From the NCBI GenBank assembly GCA_934096315.1, contig CAKOLT010000002.1, positions 4,108-68,107 of the forward strand: a stretch of DNA of 64,000 bases. The letters are read 5' to 3'. This stretch comes from an uncultured Bacilli bacterium. Lineage in GTDB: Bacteria > Bacillota_I > Bacilli_A > RF39 > UBA660. Shown piece by piece: positions 10,804 through 19,994 of this stretch (position 1 is its first letter; every line of letters starts with the position of its first letter). A program made the position numbers and the translations under genes. The notes beneath the pieces were generated by a model. The model did no database searches. It saw only the letters and a list, made by a program, of their open reading frames with translations, and was not told the origin of the DNA.

Positions 10804-11022
10804 GTGACAGGTTCTGTAAAATGGTTTAATAATGAAAAAGGCTACGGATTCATAGACCAGGTTAATGGAGAAGACATTTTCGTACATTATTCAGCAATTA
10901 AACACGAAGGCTACAAAACTTTATGCGAAGGCCAAAAAGTTAAATTCGAACTTATAGAAACCCCTAAGGGACTACAAGCAGTTAACGTAGTTGGCTTATC
11001 AGAAGTAAAAGTGGAGCAGTAA
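10804..11022 (+). CDS. cold-shock protein (CspA family)
   Basis: ...[16 protein letters not shown]...DIFVHYSAI carries the RNP1/RNP2 motifs. I prefer GTG 10804, which lies 5 nt after GAGGTGG, over the track start at 10795. Confidence 0.9.
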   Translation: MTGSVKWFNNEKGYGFIDQVNGEDIFVHYSAIKHEGYKTLCEGQKVKFELIETPKGLQAVNVVGLSEVKVEQ

Positions 11023-11025
11023 CCG

Positions 11026-11055
11026 GATTAACAGTGTAAAACTGTTAATCTTTTT
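11026..11055 (+). terminator. intrinsic terminator after csp
   Basis: GATTAACAG (11026-11034) pairs with CTGTTAATC (11042-11050), followed by TTTTT. Confidence 0.7.
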
Positions 11056-11100
11056 CTTGCTCAAAATACTAAATTATGATATCATAATATTGGAGGAAAT

Positions 11101-12501
11101 ATGAAACAGTATGATGTAGTAATAGTAGGTGCAGGACCTGCAGGACTATTTTGTGCATATGAATTAGTCGAAAATAATAAAAATCTAAAAATCCTGCTTA
11201 TAGATAAAGGAAAAAGGGCAGAAAATAGGGTATGTCCTATGAACAAATATAAAACAGAATGCAAAAATTGTAATCCATGTGGCATATTATCAGGCTATGG
11301 CGGAGCCGGCACGTTTTCAGACGGTAAACTAAATTTTATACCAAAATTAGGAAAATCTGATTTATTTAAATATATGAGTGAATCCGAAGCATATAACTTA
11401 ATAGATGACACAGAGGAAATATTTAATAAGTTTGGCATGGACGCTGAAGTTTACCCAAGCAATTTACAAGAAGCAAATGCAATAAAAAATAAAGTATCAA
11501 TTGAGGGACAAAGATTACTTATAATAAAGCAAAAACATTTAGGAAGTGATCACTTACCAAAATATATAACAAACTTTACTAACTATTTAGAAAAAGCGGG
11601 TGTAACAATTCTCGAAAATGCTGACGTAATTGATATAGAAAGTATAAAAGAGAAAGAACACATTATAACGTACACAGTAAATAAGATCCAAGATAAAGTA
11701 AAAGGCAAAAATATAGTTGTAGCCCCCGGAAGAACTGGTGCAAAATGGATACAGGAATTAGCAGACAAATATAAGTTACCTTACAATTCATTAAGTATAG
11801 AAATAGGAGTCAGGGTAGAAGTCAGAAAAGAAATAATGGAAAAAATATGTAATGTAATATATGATCCGACAATATTTATAAAAACGAAAACGTATGGTGA
11901 CGAAATAAGAACCTTCTGTACAAATCCTGGAGGGTTTGTTTCAAAAGAAAATTATTACGGATATATATGTGTAAATGGTCACTCATTAAAAGAAGTAAAA
12001 TCAAATAATACCAACTTTGCATTTATAACAAAAGTAACACTAACGGAACCAGTAACAAATACAAGAGAATATGGTGAATCAATTGCAAGAATAGCTAACG
12101 TTCTCGGAGATTCCAAACCAATTATTCAAAGACTAAGAGATTTAAGAATAGGCAGAAGAAGTGAATGGAGTAAAATAAATAAAGGTTTTATCGAACCAAC
12201 ATTAAAAGACTGTGTAGCAGGAGATCTGGCACTCATTCTCCCATATAGAACATTAACAAATATTCTTGAAGGATTAGAACAATTAGATAAAATAATACCG
12301 GGTGTAAACAATGATGAAACACTATTATATGGTCCAGAAATAAAATTCTTCAGCAATGAAATTGAAACAGATAATAATTTTAAAATAAAAGGGTATAATC
12401 TATACTGTATTGGAGACGGAGCTGGTAAATCAGGAAATATAGTAACTGCAGCAGCAACAGGTTTAGTCGCAGCAAGAAGTATATTAAAAGACACAGATTA
12501 A
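11101..12501 (+). CDS. FAD-dependent oxidoreductase (COG2509-like uncharacterised dehydrogenase)
   Basis: Dinucleotide-binding YDVVIVGAGPAGLFCAYEL. Cys cluster CPMNKYKTECKNCNPCG. GGAGTFSDGKLN. C-terminal GDGAGKSGNIVTAAATG. Confidence 0.7.
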   Translation: MKQYDVVIVGAGPAGLFCAYELVENNKNLKILLIDKGKRAENRVCPMNKYKTECKNCNPCGILSGYGGAGTFSDGKLNFIPKLGKSDLFKYMSESEAYNLIDDTEEIFNKFGMDAEVYPSNLQEANAIKNKVSIEGQRLLIIKQKHLGSDHLPKYITNFTNYLEKAGVTILENADVIDIESIKEKEHIITYTVNKIQDKVKGKNIVVAPGRTGAKWIQELADKYKLPYNSLSIEIGVRVEVRKEIMEKICNVIYDPTIFIKTKTYGDEIRTFCTNPGGFVSKENYYGYICVNGHSLKEVKSNNTNFAFITKVTLTEPVTNTREYGESIARIANVLGDSKPIIQRLRDLRIGRRSEWSKINKGFIEPTLKDCVAGDLALILPYRTLTNILEGLEQLDKIIPGVNNDETLLYGPEIKFFSNEIETDNNFKIKGYNLYCIGDGAGKSGNIVTAAATGLVAARSILKDTD

Positions 12502-12546
12502 CATCTATTCTTTGTCTTTTTATATTCTATATAAACTAGAAAGGAA

Positions 12547-15500
12547 ATGAAAATGAACATAAATGAATTAATACTAAATTTTGAAAATACCTCTAAAAAA
12601 GCAGCAAAAAAAATTATTGAAAATAAGGAAACAAATATATCATATGAAGATATCAGTAATTTTATAAACAAGTACCCAAAATTTTCAAAGATAATAGCTA
12701 CAAATATGCACACTAATGAAATAATAAAAATAATGATAAACCCATTACCAGAAGAATTATCAACATTATCAAAAAAAATAATTGATAAGTCATTAAAATA
12801 TAATCATAATTTTACAAACTCAGACTATCAAGAATTATTTAAATTCATTTCTCTTGAAAAATATTGTAAAAAAACATTTGGAGTCAAATATACAACTCTA
12901 TTCATTGAACAATTAAAAAAATTACCCCCTGATTATATTTATAACTCAGATATGCCCATAAAAATCATTTTAGAAGAAGATATATTTTTAACTATCAGTC
13001 AGGTGGGATTAGAAAACATAAATGAATTTAATAGAGAATGTGAAAACTGTTTTGCAAAAAATAATTATAATTTATTAAGAATATTATCTGAAAAATCAAA
13101 ATCAATAAACGTAAACAGATTATCACAAACAAATCCAATAAATATAAAGATAAACCCCCCAATTTCAAAAGAACAGTTATATGAGCTTATGCAAAAAATA
13201 GTTTTTTGCGGTATATATAATAATAAATTAAATTCAGTATTTAAAAATATTAATGGTAAATTTAGAAATGAAAATCAAGATTTATTTCTAGAATCAAACT
13301 GTCCAGAAGACTTACAAAAGTTATTTTACGAAAAAAGTTTAACTCCAGAATATATAAACGAACACAAAGAGTATATCACTTATTTAGAAAATAAAAACTT
13401 AGCAGCAGTCTTCAAACCCCTTTATATAACAATAAATGGAGCAAAAATAAATATTTACTCATATTTAATGTCAAAATTAGGAACAAAAACAGCTCTAAAT
13501 TTTATCAGTAATTACTCACATATATTAACAAATACCCTAACTAATATTAATACATATACTCATATATGGAAAGAAAATTATGAACCAAGATTACATGATG
13601 TAATTCTAAAAGATGACAATTTTACCTCTTTCATTGAATCATTAATTCAAACGTATAAAAATAGGGTAATAGAACTTGGAATCAAATATAAAATGGAGCC
13701 ATCTCTATTTATGCAATATCAAGATTTATACTTACCCGAAGATGCTCCTCAAGAATTAAAAGAAGCATTATACAACCGTAAGATTACAAGTGAGTTTCTA
13801 AATAGCCATCCAGAATATCTTCCCTACTTAAAAAATATAAATCCAAAACTCTTAATAAAATATATATCAAAACAAACACCATATGGAAAAACAGATTTAA
13901 TCACAATACTTTCAAAAATATTAAATAAAGAAGAAACACTAAAATTTATAATAACATATGGTAACTACATAGAAAAGTATATAAGCAAAATACCATTGAG
14001 TGAGGACTTAACAAAGCAGCAACTATATGATAAGGTAGATGCAGAATTAAAAGATTTAATTACATATAACAAAATCACTTGTGATAAGTATATACAACCA
14101 ACCATGCAAAGAAAATACCAAACAATGTTTTTGCCCCAAAACGTACCAATAGAACTACAACAAAAATTTCAAGCACGAACATTAACTATTGAAGACTTTG
14201 TGCAAAACAAAGATTATTTATCATATTTTACAAATACTAATATATTGTTATCAATGCCAACAGAAAATATTTGGTTATTACCACTTTTTGATGAAAATAA
14301 TCCGGTAAAATCAAACCATATAATAATTAAGATTCTTTTAATTCAGCAGAAACTGAATGATAAGTCTCTAAAAGCGGTTTTAAACAATTACATCGTAACA
14401 AATAAAGAAAAATTAACTACAGCTCATCTAAATGAAATAGTAGAAACATTAAATCAATTATCATCTTCAAGTTTAAAAGAAATAAAAACAATTTCTCTTC
14501 CACTGGCAAGAAATATAATAACAATGCCAAACCCACTTAAGTCATTTCAAGAAATAGAAAATATTTTTAAATTAAATACATTACCAACAGTAGGAAAGGT
14601 ATATTCAATTTTTAATATTCTGCATCCAGACTTTAAAGATTATTCATTTTCTGAAACAAAAAAAAATCCAAATCAAGTATTTTCACCTGTATTAAAAAGT
14701 CAAAACAATAAAGAACGTAAAAAAACAATTTTAACAGATTTAATAAAATCATCACTAGGATCAAATAATGAATCCCTAAAAGAATATATAAATACAATTA
14801 ATGATGCAGATAAAGTATATGAAACGGCAAAATTGCACGGTATAGATTACAAAGAATTAAAAATTGAGGAGCAAGAAGTACTAAAAAGATATTATGACTA
14901 TATAATAACATTATATTATAGTATTTCAGAAGACAAAGGAAAAATTTTTAAACAGACTGGAAGTCCGATAAAAGACATCGAAAAATTAGAGACATTATTT
15001 TTAATAAATAAGGAAAGTAATGTCCCACTTAAAGATAAAATAATAAGTACTCTATGCTCTGGATTAGGTATTAATACTTTAGAGCAAGCACAAAATTACA
15101 TAACAGAAAAAATCTCAAAAGCCGATAAAAGAGGTAGAGAATATGCAGAAAACAAAAAATTTAACATTGAAAAGGGCGATTTTATAAAAGCTGTAAACAT
15201 TGATTATTTTGAAAAGTTATTAGAAAATGGTATAAATGCAAACGATTTTCTAGCGGAATTATCCAAAACGGATGCTACTCCATTAGACACAGATCTTTCA
15301 AGAGTTCATACTTTAAAACCCACAATAAATGAAACAATAGATCAAAAAAATAAAGATGCTGGATTTTTCGGAGATGCATATATCATACTAAAAAATAACC
15401 CTAATAAAATAGCAGTAACAAAATCAACTATATTAGATGTTGACACCGCAATTCCATTTGACAAAACGAAAGGAAAATTAGAAGCATTTCAAAATGGCCC

Positions 15501-15732
15501 AATTAAAGAAACAACAACGGCTTATGGAATAAGAACAGGATTTTCATCTTCTGATATAGATTATATTATCTTTGATGAAAAAAATCCTCACTTAGACAAA
15601 TTAATTGATCCAATATCTAAGTGCGGTTTCTATATTCCAATTATATCTAAGCAAACTGGTAAATTAATATTTACACCAGAAACATATGATAGTGCAAAAG
15701 AACAAACAGACCTATCCCATCGTAAGAAGTAA
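12547..15732 (+). CDS. large hypothetical protein (1061 aa) with internal repeats; no family recognised
   Basis: A 3.2-kb uninterrupted frame in AT-rich DNA. SD-like AGAAAGGAAA sits before the ATGs at 12547/12553. No signal peptide or TM helix seen. Confidence 0.6.
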   Translation: MKMNINELILNFENTSKKAAKKIIENKETNISYEDISNFINKYPKFSKIIATNMHTNEIIKIMINPLPEELSTLSKKIIDKSLKYNHNFTNSDYQELFKFISLEKYCKKTFGVKYTTLFIEQLKKLPPDYIYNSDMPIKIILEEDIFLTISQVGLENINEFNRECENCFAKNNYNLLRILSEKSKSINVNRLSQTNPINIKINPPISKEQLYELMQKIVFCGIYNNKLNSVFKNINGKFRNENQDLFLESNCPEDLQKLFYEKSLTPEYINEHKEYITYLENKNLAAVFKPLYITINGAKINIYSYLMSKLGTKTALNFISNYSHILTNTLTNINTYTHIWKENYEPRLHDVILKDDNFTSFIESLIQTYKNRVIELGIKYKMEPSLFMQYQDLYLPEDAPQELKEALYNRKITSEFLNSHPEYLPYLKNINPKLLIKYISKQTPYGKTDLITILSKILNKEETLKFIITYGNYIEKYISKIPLSEDLTKQQLYDKVDAELKDLITYNKITCDKYIQPTMQRKYQTMFLPQNVPIELQQKFQARTLTIEDFVQNKDYLSYFTNTNILLSMPTENIWLLPLFDENNPVKSNHIIIKILLIQQKLNDKSLKAVLNNYIVTNKEKLTTAHLNEIVETLNQLSSSSLKEIKTISLPLARNIITMPNPLKSFQEIENIFKLNTLPTVGKVYSIFNILHPDFKDYSFSETKKNPNQVFSPVLKSQNNKERKKTILTDLIKSSLGSNNESLKEYINTINDADKVYETAKLHGIDYKELKIEEQEVLKRYYDYIITLYYSISEDKGKIFKQTGSPIKDIEKLETLFLINKESNVPLKDKIISTLCSGLGINTLEQAQNYITEKISKADKRGREYAENKKFNIEKGDFIKAVNIDYFEKLLENGINANDFLAELSKTDATPLDTDLSRVHTLKPTINETIDQKNKDAGFFGDAYIILKNNPNKIAVTKSTILDVDTAIPFDKTKGKLEAFQNGPIKETTTAYGIRTGFSSSDIDYIIFDEKNPHLDKLIDPISKCGFYIPIISKQTGKLIFTPETYDSAKEQTDLSHRKK
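13279..14256 (+). repeat. three divergent ~45-aa intragenic repeats inside the 1061-aa ORF
   Basis: The three copies are DLFLESNCPEDLQKLFYEKSLTPEYINEHKEYITYLENKN (from nt 13279), DLYLPEDAPQELKEALYNRKITSEFLNSHPEYLPYLKNIN (13723) and TMFLPQNVPIELQQKFQARTLTIEDFVQNKDYLSYFTNTN (14122). Shared pattern: L-x4-P-x-[ED]-L-x6-8-[LI]-T-x-E-x4-5-[ED]-Y-[IL]-x-Y-[LF]-x-N-x-N. Confidence 0.6.
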
Positions 15733-15781
15733 CAAATCTCATAATTCTACATATAATAAACCAGTAAATTAGGAGGTTTAT

Positions 15782-16573
15782 ATGATAGAATTATTTATAA
15801 ATTTAAACCCAGTATTACAAGCATTAATAGCATGTTTATTTACTTGGTCAGTAACTGCACTAGGAGCAGCACTTGTAGTTTTCTTTAAAAAAGTAAACAA
15901 AAATATATTAGATGCAATGCTAGGATTTTCGGCGGGCGTAATGATTGCAGCTAGCTTCTGGTCTCTATTATCTCCAGCTATAAACCTAGCAGAAACACTA
16001 AAAATGAATGTTATGATGGTGGTAACAATATCATTCATTCTAGGTGGATTACTCCTCTTTTTAGGAGACAAAATATTTAATAAATTAGAATTAGAAAACA
16101 AAGACAACAATATAAAAAAAAGTATAATGCTAATATCATCAATAACTCTGCATAACATACCAGAGGGACTTGCAGTAGGAGTCGCTTTTGGAACAATAGC
16201 ATATGGTCTAGAAGGTGCAACCTTAACATCAGCATGCTTACTAGCACTAGGAATAGGTATCCAAAATTTTCCTGAAGGAACTGCAGTCAGTGTACCACTA
16301 AGAAAATATGGACTAAGCCGTAAAAAATCATTCTTTTATGGCCAGTTAAGTGCAATAGTAGAACCAATATCCGGAATAATTGGTGCAATATTAGCCCTAA
16401 AAATTAGAACTCTTTTACCATTCTTATTATCATTCGCAGCCGGAGCCATGATCTATGTAGTAGTAGCAGAACTCATACCAGAAAGTCAAAGTAATAAAAG
16501 AAAGGACCTAATGGCAATGTTTACCATAATAGGTTTTAGTTTAATGATGGTATTAGATGTAATGTTAGGATAG
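15782..16573 (+). CDS. ZIP family metal (zinc) transporter
   Basis: Multi-pass membrane protein with HNIPEGLAVG and QNFPEG motifs typical of ZupT/ZIP. AGGAGG SD. Confidence 0.85.
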   Translation: MIELFINLNPVLQALIACLFTWSVTALGAALVVFFKKVNKNILDAMLGFSAGVMIAASFWSLLSPAINLAETLKMNVMMVVTISFILGGLLLFLGDKIFNKLELENKDNNIKKSIMLISSITLHNIPEGLAVGVAFGTIAYGLEGATLTSACLLALGIGIQNFPEGTAVSVPLRKYGLSRKKSFFYGQLSAIVEPISGIIGAILALKIRTLLPFLLSFAAGAMIYVVVAELIPESQSNKRKDLMAMFTIIGFSLMMVLDVMLG

Positions 16574-16582
16574 GAGGAAAAA

Positions 16583-16702
16583 TTGAAAAAAGTACCATAC
16601 GTATTAACGCTTATTTTATTATTACTATTTCTATCAGGATGTTCTAATAATAAAATAAATGATGAAGAAATAGAAAGAATAGAAAACATCATAAATAATT
16701 AA
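16583..16702 (+). CDS. small putative lipoprotein (39 aa, TTG start); below the ORF-track size cutoff
   Basis: AGGAGG (16572-16577) lies 5 nt before TTG 16583. Translation is LKKVPYVLTLILLLLFLSGCSNNKINDEEIERIENIINN* with lipobox LFLSGC. The frame ends at the terminator. Confidence 0.5.
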   Translation: MKKVPYVLTLILLLLFLSGCSNNKINDEEIERIENIINN

Positions 16703-16723
16703 GGGGATATAACCCTTTTTTTT
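16701..16723 (+). terminator. intrinsic terminator after the ZIP / lipoprotein unit
   Basis: AAGGGG-ATATAA-CCCTT hairpin followed by a T8 run. Confidence 0.65.
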
Positions 16724-16750
16724 ACAATATTCATTAATTTATGGTATAAT
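16722..16750 (+). promoter_or_regulatory. sigma-A-like promoter (extended -10)
   Basis: TTACAA (16722-16727), 17-nt spacer, TGG-TATAAT (TATAAT at 16745-16750). Confidence 0.55.
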
Positions 16751-16769
16751 AATAATGGAGGAAGTAACA

Positions 16770-18266
16770 ATGAAAAAAGGTTTTAATAATGAATTATATG
16801 TAGAAAAACAAGCAAAAATTATTGAAGAGAGAATAAAAACATTTAATGGAAAACTATATCTTGAATTCGGAGGTAAATTATTTGACGATTACCACGCTAA
16901 AAGAATACTTCCAGGGTTTGAATTGGATTCTAAAATAAAATTACTTGAAAAATTCAAGGAACAGTCAGAAATAATATTTTGCATAAATGCAAATGATATT
17001 GCAAGAAAGAAAATAAGGGCGGATTATGGAATAACATATGATATGGAATTAATTAGACTAGCCAAAATTTTAAAAAGCAAAGGACTTAAAATTAATAGTG
17101 TTGCCATAAATTTATATGATAACCAAGCAGGGGTAGATTTATTTGAAGATAGATTACACTCACTAGGCATAAAAACATACAGATTTACTCCCACTAAAGG
17201 ATATCCAACTGATGTAGAAATAATAGTAAGTGAAGAAGGGTACGGAAAAAATCCATACATCAAAACAACCAAACCACTAGTGGTTGTAACCGCTCCAGGT
17301 CCTAACAGTGGCAAACTAGCAACATGTTTATCACAACTATATCATGAATATAAGCACAAAGTAAAAGCAGGTTATGCGAAATTTGAAACATTTCCCGTTT
17401 GGGATTTACCACTTGACCACCCAGTAAATATTGCTTATGAAGCAGCAACAGCAGACTTAAATGATAAAAATATGGTAGATCATTTTCATTTAGAAGCATA
17501 TGGAAAAGTTGCTGTAAACTATAACAGAGATCTTGAAGTATTTCCTGTGCTTGAGGCAATCTTGAAGAAAATTACAGGAAAAAAAATATATTCTTCTCCA
17601 ACAGACATGGGTGTAAACACTATAGGACAATGCATAACTAACGATAAAATTGTAAGACAAGCTGCAAATAAAGAAATAATAAGAAGATATTACAAAGCCT
17701 TAACGGATTTCAAATTGGGAAGAACAGATTCATCTGTAGTTCAAAACATAAAATTACTACTAAATAATAGTGGATTAGATGTAGATCTACTTCCCGTGAT
17801 AAACTCAGCAATTACAAAACAAGCAGTATCAAATAAGCGTTCCGCCGCAATAGAATTAAAACCGGGAAAAATAATTACAGGTAGAGAAACAGAAATCTTT
17901 ACACCAGTAAGTAGTACTATTTTAAATGCTATTAAAACATTGGCAAAAATAAAAGATGAAATATATTTAATAACTCCGGAAGTACTTAATAATATATTAA
18001 CAATAAAAAAACAAATAGAGCCAGAAAACTATTTACTAACATTAAATGAAGTATTAATTGCCTTATCATCAAGTGCTACAACAAATCCATTAGCGAATAA
18101 AGCCTTAAAAGAATTAGAAAAATTGTCAAACCTAGACCTACATGCAACATATATTATAGAAAATGGAGATTTAAAGATATTAAGAGACTTAAAAATAAAC
18201 TTTACATCCGAACCAGAATTTTATAATGAAAGAATATTCAAAAAACAGTCTTCTAAAAATAAATAA
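16770..18266 (+). CDS. UPF0371 / DUF1846 family protein
   Basis: GKLYLEFGGKLFDDYHAKRILPGF, VVVTAPGPNSGKLATCLSQLYHE, AGYAKFETFPVWDLPLDHPVNIAYEAATADL and AVNYNRD match my memory of the UPF0371 family. Start moved to ATG 16770, after GGAGGAAG. Confidence 0.85.
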   Translation: MKKGFNNELYVEKQAKIIEERIKTFNGKLYLEFGGKLFDDYHAKRILPGFELDSKIKLLEKFKEQSEIIFCINANDIARKKIRADYGITYDMELIRLAKILKSKGLKINSVAINLYDNQAGVDLFEDRLHSLGIKTYRFTPTKGYPTDVEIIVSEEGYGKNPYIKTTKPLVVVTAPGPNSGKLATCLSQLYHEYKHKVKAGYAKFETFPVWDLPLDHPVNIAYEAATADLNDKNMVDHFHLEAYGKVAVNYNRDLEVFPVLEAILKKITGKKIYSSPTDMGVNTIGQCITNDKIVRQAANKEIIRRYYKALTDFKLGRTDSSVVQNIKLLLNNSGLDVDLLPVINSAITKQAVSNKRSAAIELKPGKIITGRETEIFTPVSSTILNAIKTLAKIKDEIYLITPEVLNNILTIKKQIEPENYLLTLNEVLIALSSSATTNPLANKALKELEKLSNLDLHATYIIENGDLKILRDLKINFTSEPEFYNERIFKKQSSKNK

Positions 18267-18504
18267 ATGCCTCAAAAAGGTTACAAATAAATAAAAATAA
18301 TAGCTATAACATTCCAAAAAATAAAAAGCTGGTAATAGTATATAACAAAAAATATGTTTTTGCATACCATTTGTTAAAAATTAGTTATTTAAGCAATATG
18401 TCATCCGAAATTCAATTAGCATAACAAAAAAAGTATAAGTCTTTAATTAAGAACATATATGTGTATTTACTTTTAAAGGTTACTAATTATATAGAGAAGA
18501 TGAA

Positions 18505-18555
18505 TTGGAAAAGTAAAATAATATCAACCTATAAGGTAAAATTTTACTTTTCCAA
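18505..18555. repeat. perfect 15-bp inverted repeat with 21-nt spacer in a long non-coding gap
   Basis: TTGGAAAAGTAAAAT (18505-18519) and ATTTTACTTTTCCAA (18541-18555). No T-run follows on either strand. Confidence 0.9.
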
Positions 18556-18586
18556 CTAAAAATCCTAGAAAAAATGCAAAATATGC

Positions 18587-18615
18587 TTGACAATAACCAT
18601 GTTATGTAATAAAAT
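18587..18615 (+). promoter_or_regulatory. sigma-A-like promoter for secE-nusG
   Basis: TTGACA (18587-18592), 17-nt spacer, TAAAAT (18610-18615). Confidence 0.6.
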
Positions 18616-18666
18616 GTACTTAAGCACGGCATGTGTTTTTATTTTAGAAAAATATGGAGGTAAATT

Positions 18667-18897
18667 ATGTCAAAAGAACAAAGCCAAAAACAGGCCAAAA
18701 ACAAATCAAAAGAAAATATTTTTAAAAAAATCACAAAATACTTTAAAGGTGTAAAAAAAGAAATGGGAAGAATAAAATGGACCAGTGGCAAAGATATGAT
18801 AAAATATTCAGCTGCAGCCTTAACTTTCGTAATATTCTTCTGCTTATACTTTTATGTAGTAGAGTTAGCATCAGCATTTATAAGGAGCCTAATATAA
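18667..18897 (+). CDS. secE: preprotein translocase subunit SecE
   Basis: 76 aa. Basic N-terminus, then ...KGVKKEMGRIKWTSGKDMIKYSAAALTFVIFFCLYFYVV (a single C-terminal TM helix). Positioned directly before nusG. Confidence 0.85.
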   Translation: MSKEQSQKQAKNKSKENIFKKITKYFKGVKKEMGRIKWTSGKDMIKYSAAALTFVIFFCLYFYVVELASAFIRSLI

Positions 18898-18898
18898 T

Positions 18899-19435
18899 AT
18901 GAAAAAAGAGTGGTATGTAGTAAATACAGTAAGTGGGTACGAATATAAAGTACAAGAAAAATTAGAAATGATGATTAAAAACTCAAGTGAAATTGGACAG
19001 AGTATCTTTAGAGTAATCGTTCCAGAACAAGAAATAGTGGAATACAAAGATGGCCAGAAAAAAACCAAAAAGAAAAAAATGTTTCCAGGATATGTACTTG
19101 TAGAAATGATTATGTCCGATGAAATATGGTTTGTTGTAAGAAATACTCAAGGTGTAACAGGCTTTATTGGTTCTTCAGGAAAAGGAGCAAAACCAATACC
19201 ATTGTTACCATCAGAAGTAGATAGAATATTATCTACAATGGGTATGAATAGAATGGATTTAGAAAATGATCTTCAAGAAGGCAAAAAAGTTAAAATAATT
19301 TCCGGTCCATTCAAAGACATGATTGGTAAAATAGAAACGTACGATTTAGAAAAGAAAAAAGTAAACTTACTACTAGATTTATTTGGTCAAGAGACATCAG
19401 TAGAAGTAGAATTATCACAAATTGAAAATTTATAA
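18899..19435 (+). CDS. nusG: transcription termination/antitermination factor NusG
   Basis: KEWYVVNTVSGYEYKV..., FPGYVLVEM, and a C-terminal KOW domain (GKKVKIISGPFKDMIGKIE). Confidence 0.93.
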   Translation: MKKEWYVVNTVSGYEYKVQEKLEMMIKNSSEIGQSIFRVIVPEQEIVEYKDGQKKTKKKKMFPGYVLVEMIMSDEIWFVVRNTQGVTGFIGSSGKGAKPIPLLPSEVDRILSTMGMNRMDLENDLQEGKKVKIISGPFKDMIGKIETYDLEKKKVNLLLDLFGQETSVEVELSQIENL

Positions 19436-19445
19436 ATAAAATGTA

Positions 19446-19474
19446 TTGAAAAAAATGAAAAAATGTGTTATTAT
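19446..19474 (+). promoter_or_regulatory. sigma-A-like promoter for rplK-rplA (extended -10)
   Basis: TTGAAA (19446-19451), 17-nt spacer, TGT-TATTAT (TATTAT at 19469-19474). Confidence 0.55.
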
Positions 19475-19510
19475 TTAAGACATGGCTGTGTATTATTATA
19501 TAGTTAAATA

Positions 19511-19548
19511 AGTGGGAGGCGCGGACAAAGCTAATAGAACCACTCGCG
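19511..19548 (+). promoter_or_regulatory. putative L1-binding autoregulatory leader (23S rRNA L1-stalk mimic)
   Basis: AGUGGGAGGCGCGGACAAAGCUAAUAGAACCACUCGCG in the rplK 5'UTR. AGUGG pairs with CCACU. GUGGGAGGC ... GAACCAC resembles the 23S L1-stalk strands GGUGGGAGGC...GAAAUACCACC as I recall them. Confidence 0.5.
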
Positions 19549-19574
19549 AAAATAAAATTTAGGAGGTGTTTTTC

Positions 19575-19994
19575 GTGGCAAAAGAAATAACTAGAAAAAT
19601 CAAATTACAAATTCCCGCAGGAAGAGCAACACCAGCTCCACCAGTAGGTACCGTTTTAGGACCAGCAGGAATTAACTTACAAGAATTCTGCACAAAGTAT
19701 AATGATGCAACAAAAGACAAAATGGGAGATGTACTACCAGTAGAAATATCAATCTATGATGATAGAAGTTTTACATTTGTAGTAAAAACCCCACCAGCAG
19801 CATTTTTACTTAAGAAAACTGCAGGCATAAAGTCTGGAGCAAGTAAAGGTGAAACTGTTGCAACAATCACAAAAGAACAATTAAAACAAATAGCAGAAAC
19901 AAAAATGCCCGATTTAAATGCTAACGATGTAGAATCAGCAATGAAGATCATTGAAGGAACTGCACGTAACATGGGAATAAAAATAGAAGAGTAA
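19575..19994 (+). CDS. rplK: 50S ribosomal protein L11
   Basis: [42 protein letters not shown] 19575 lies 8 nt after AGGAGG; the track start at 19566 is an over-extension. Confidence 0.95.
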   Translation: MAKEITRKIKLQIPAGRATPAPPVGTVLGPAGINLQEFCTKYNDATKDKMGDVLPVEISIYDDRSFTFVVKTPPAAFLLKKTAGIKSGASKGETVATITKEQLKQIAETKMPDLNANDVESAMKIIEGTARNMGIKIEE

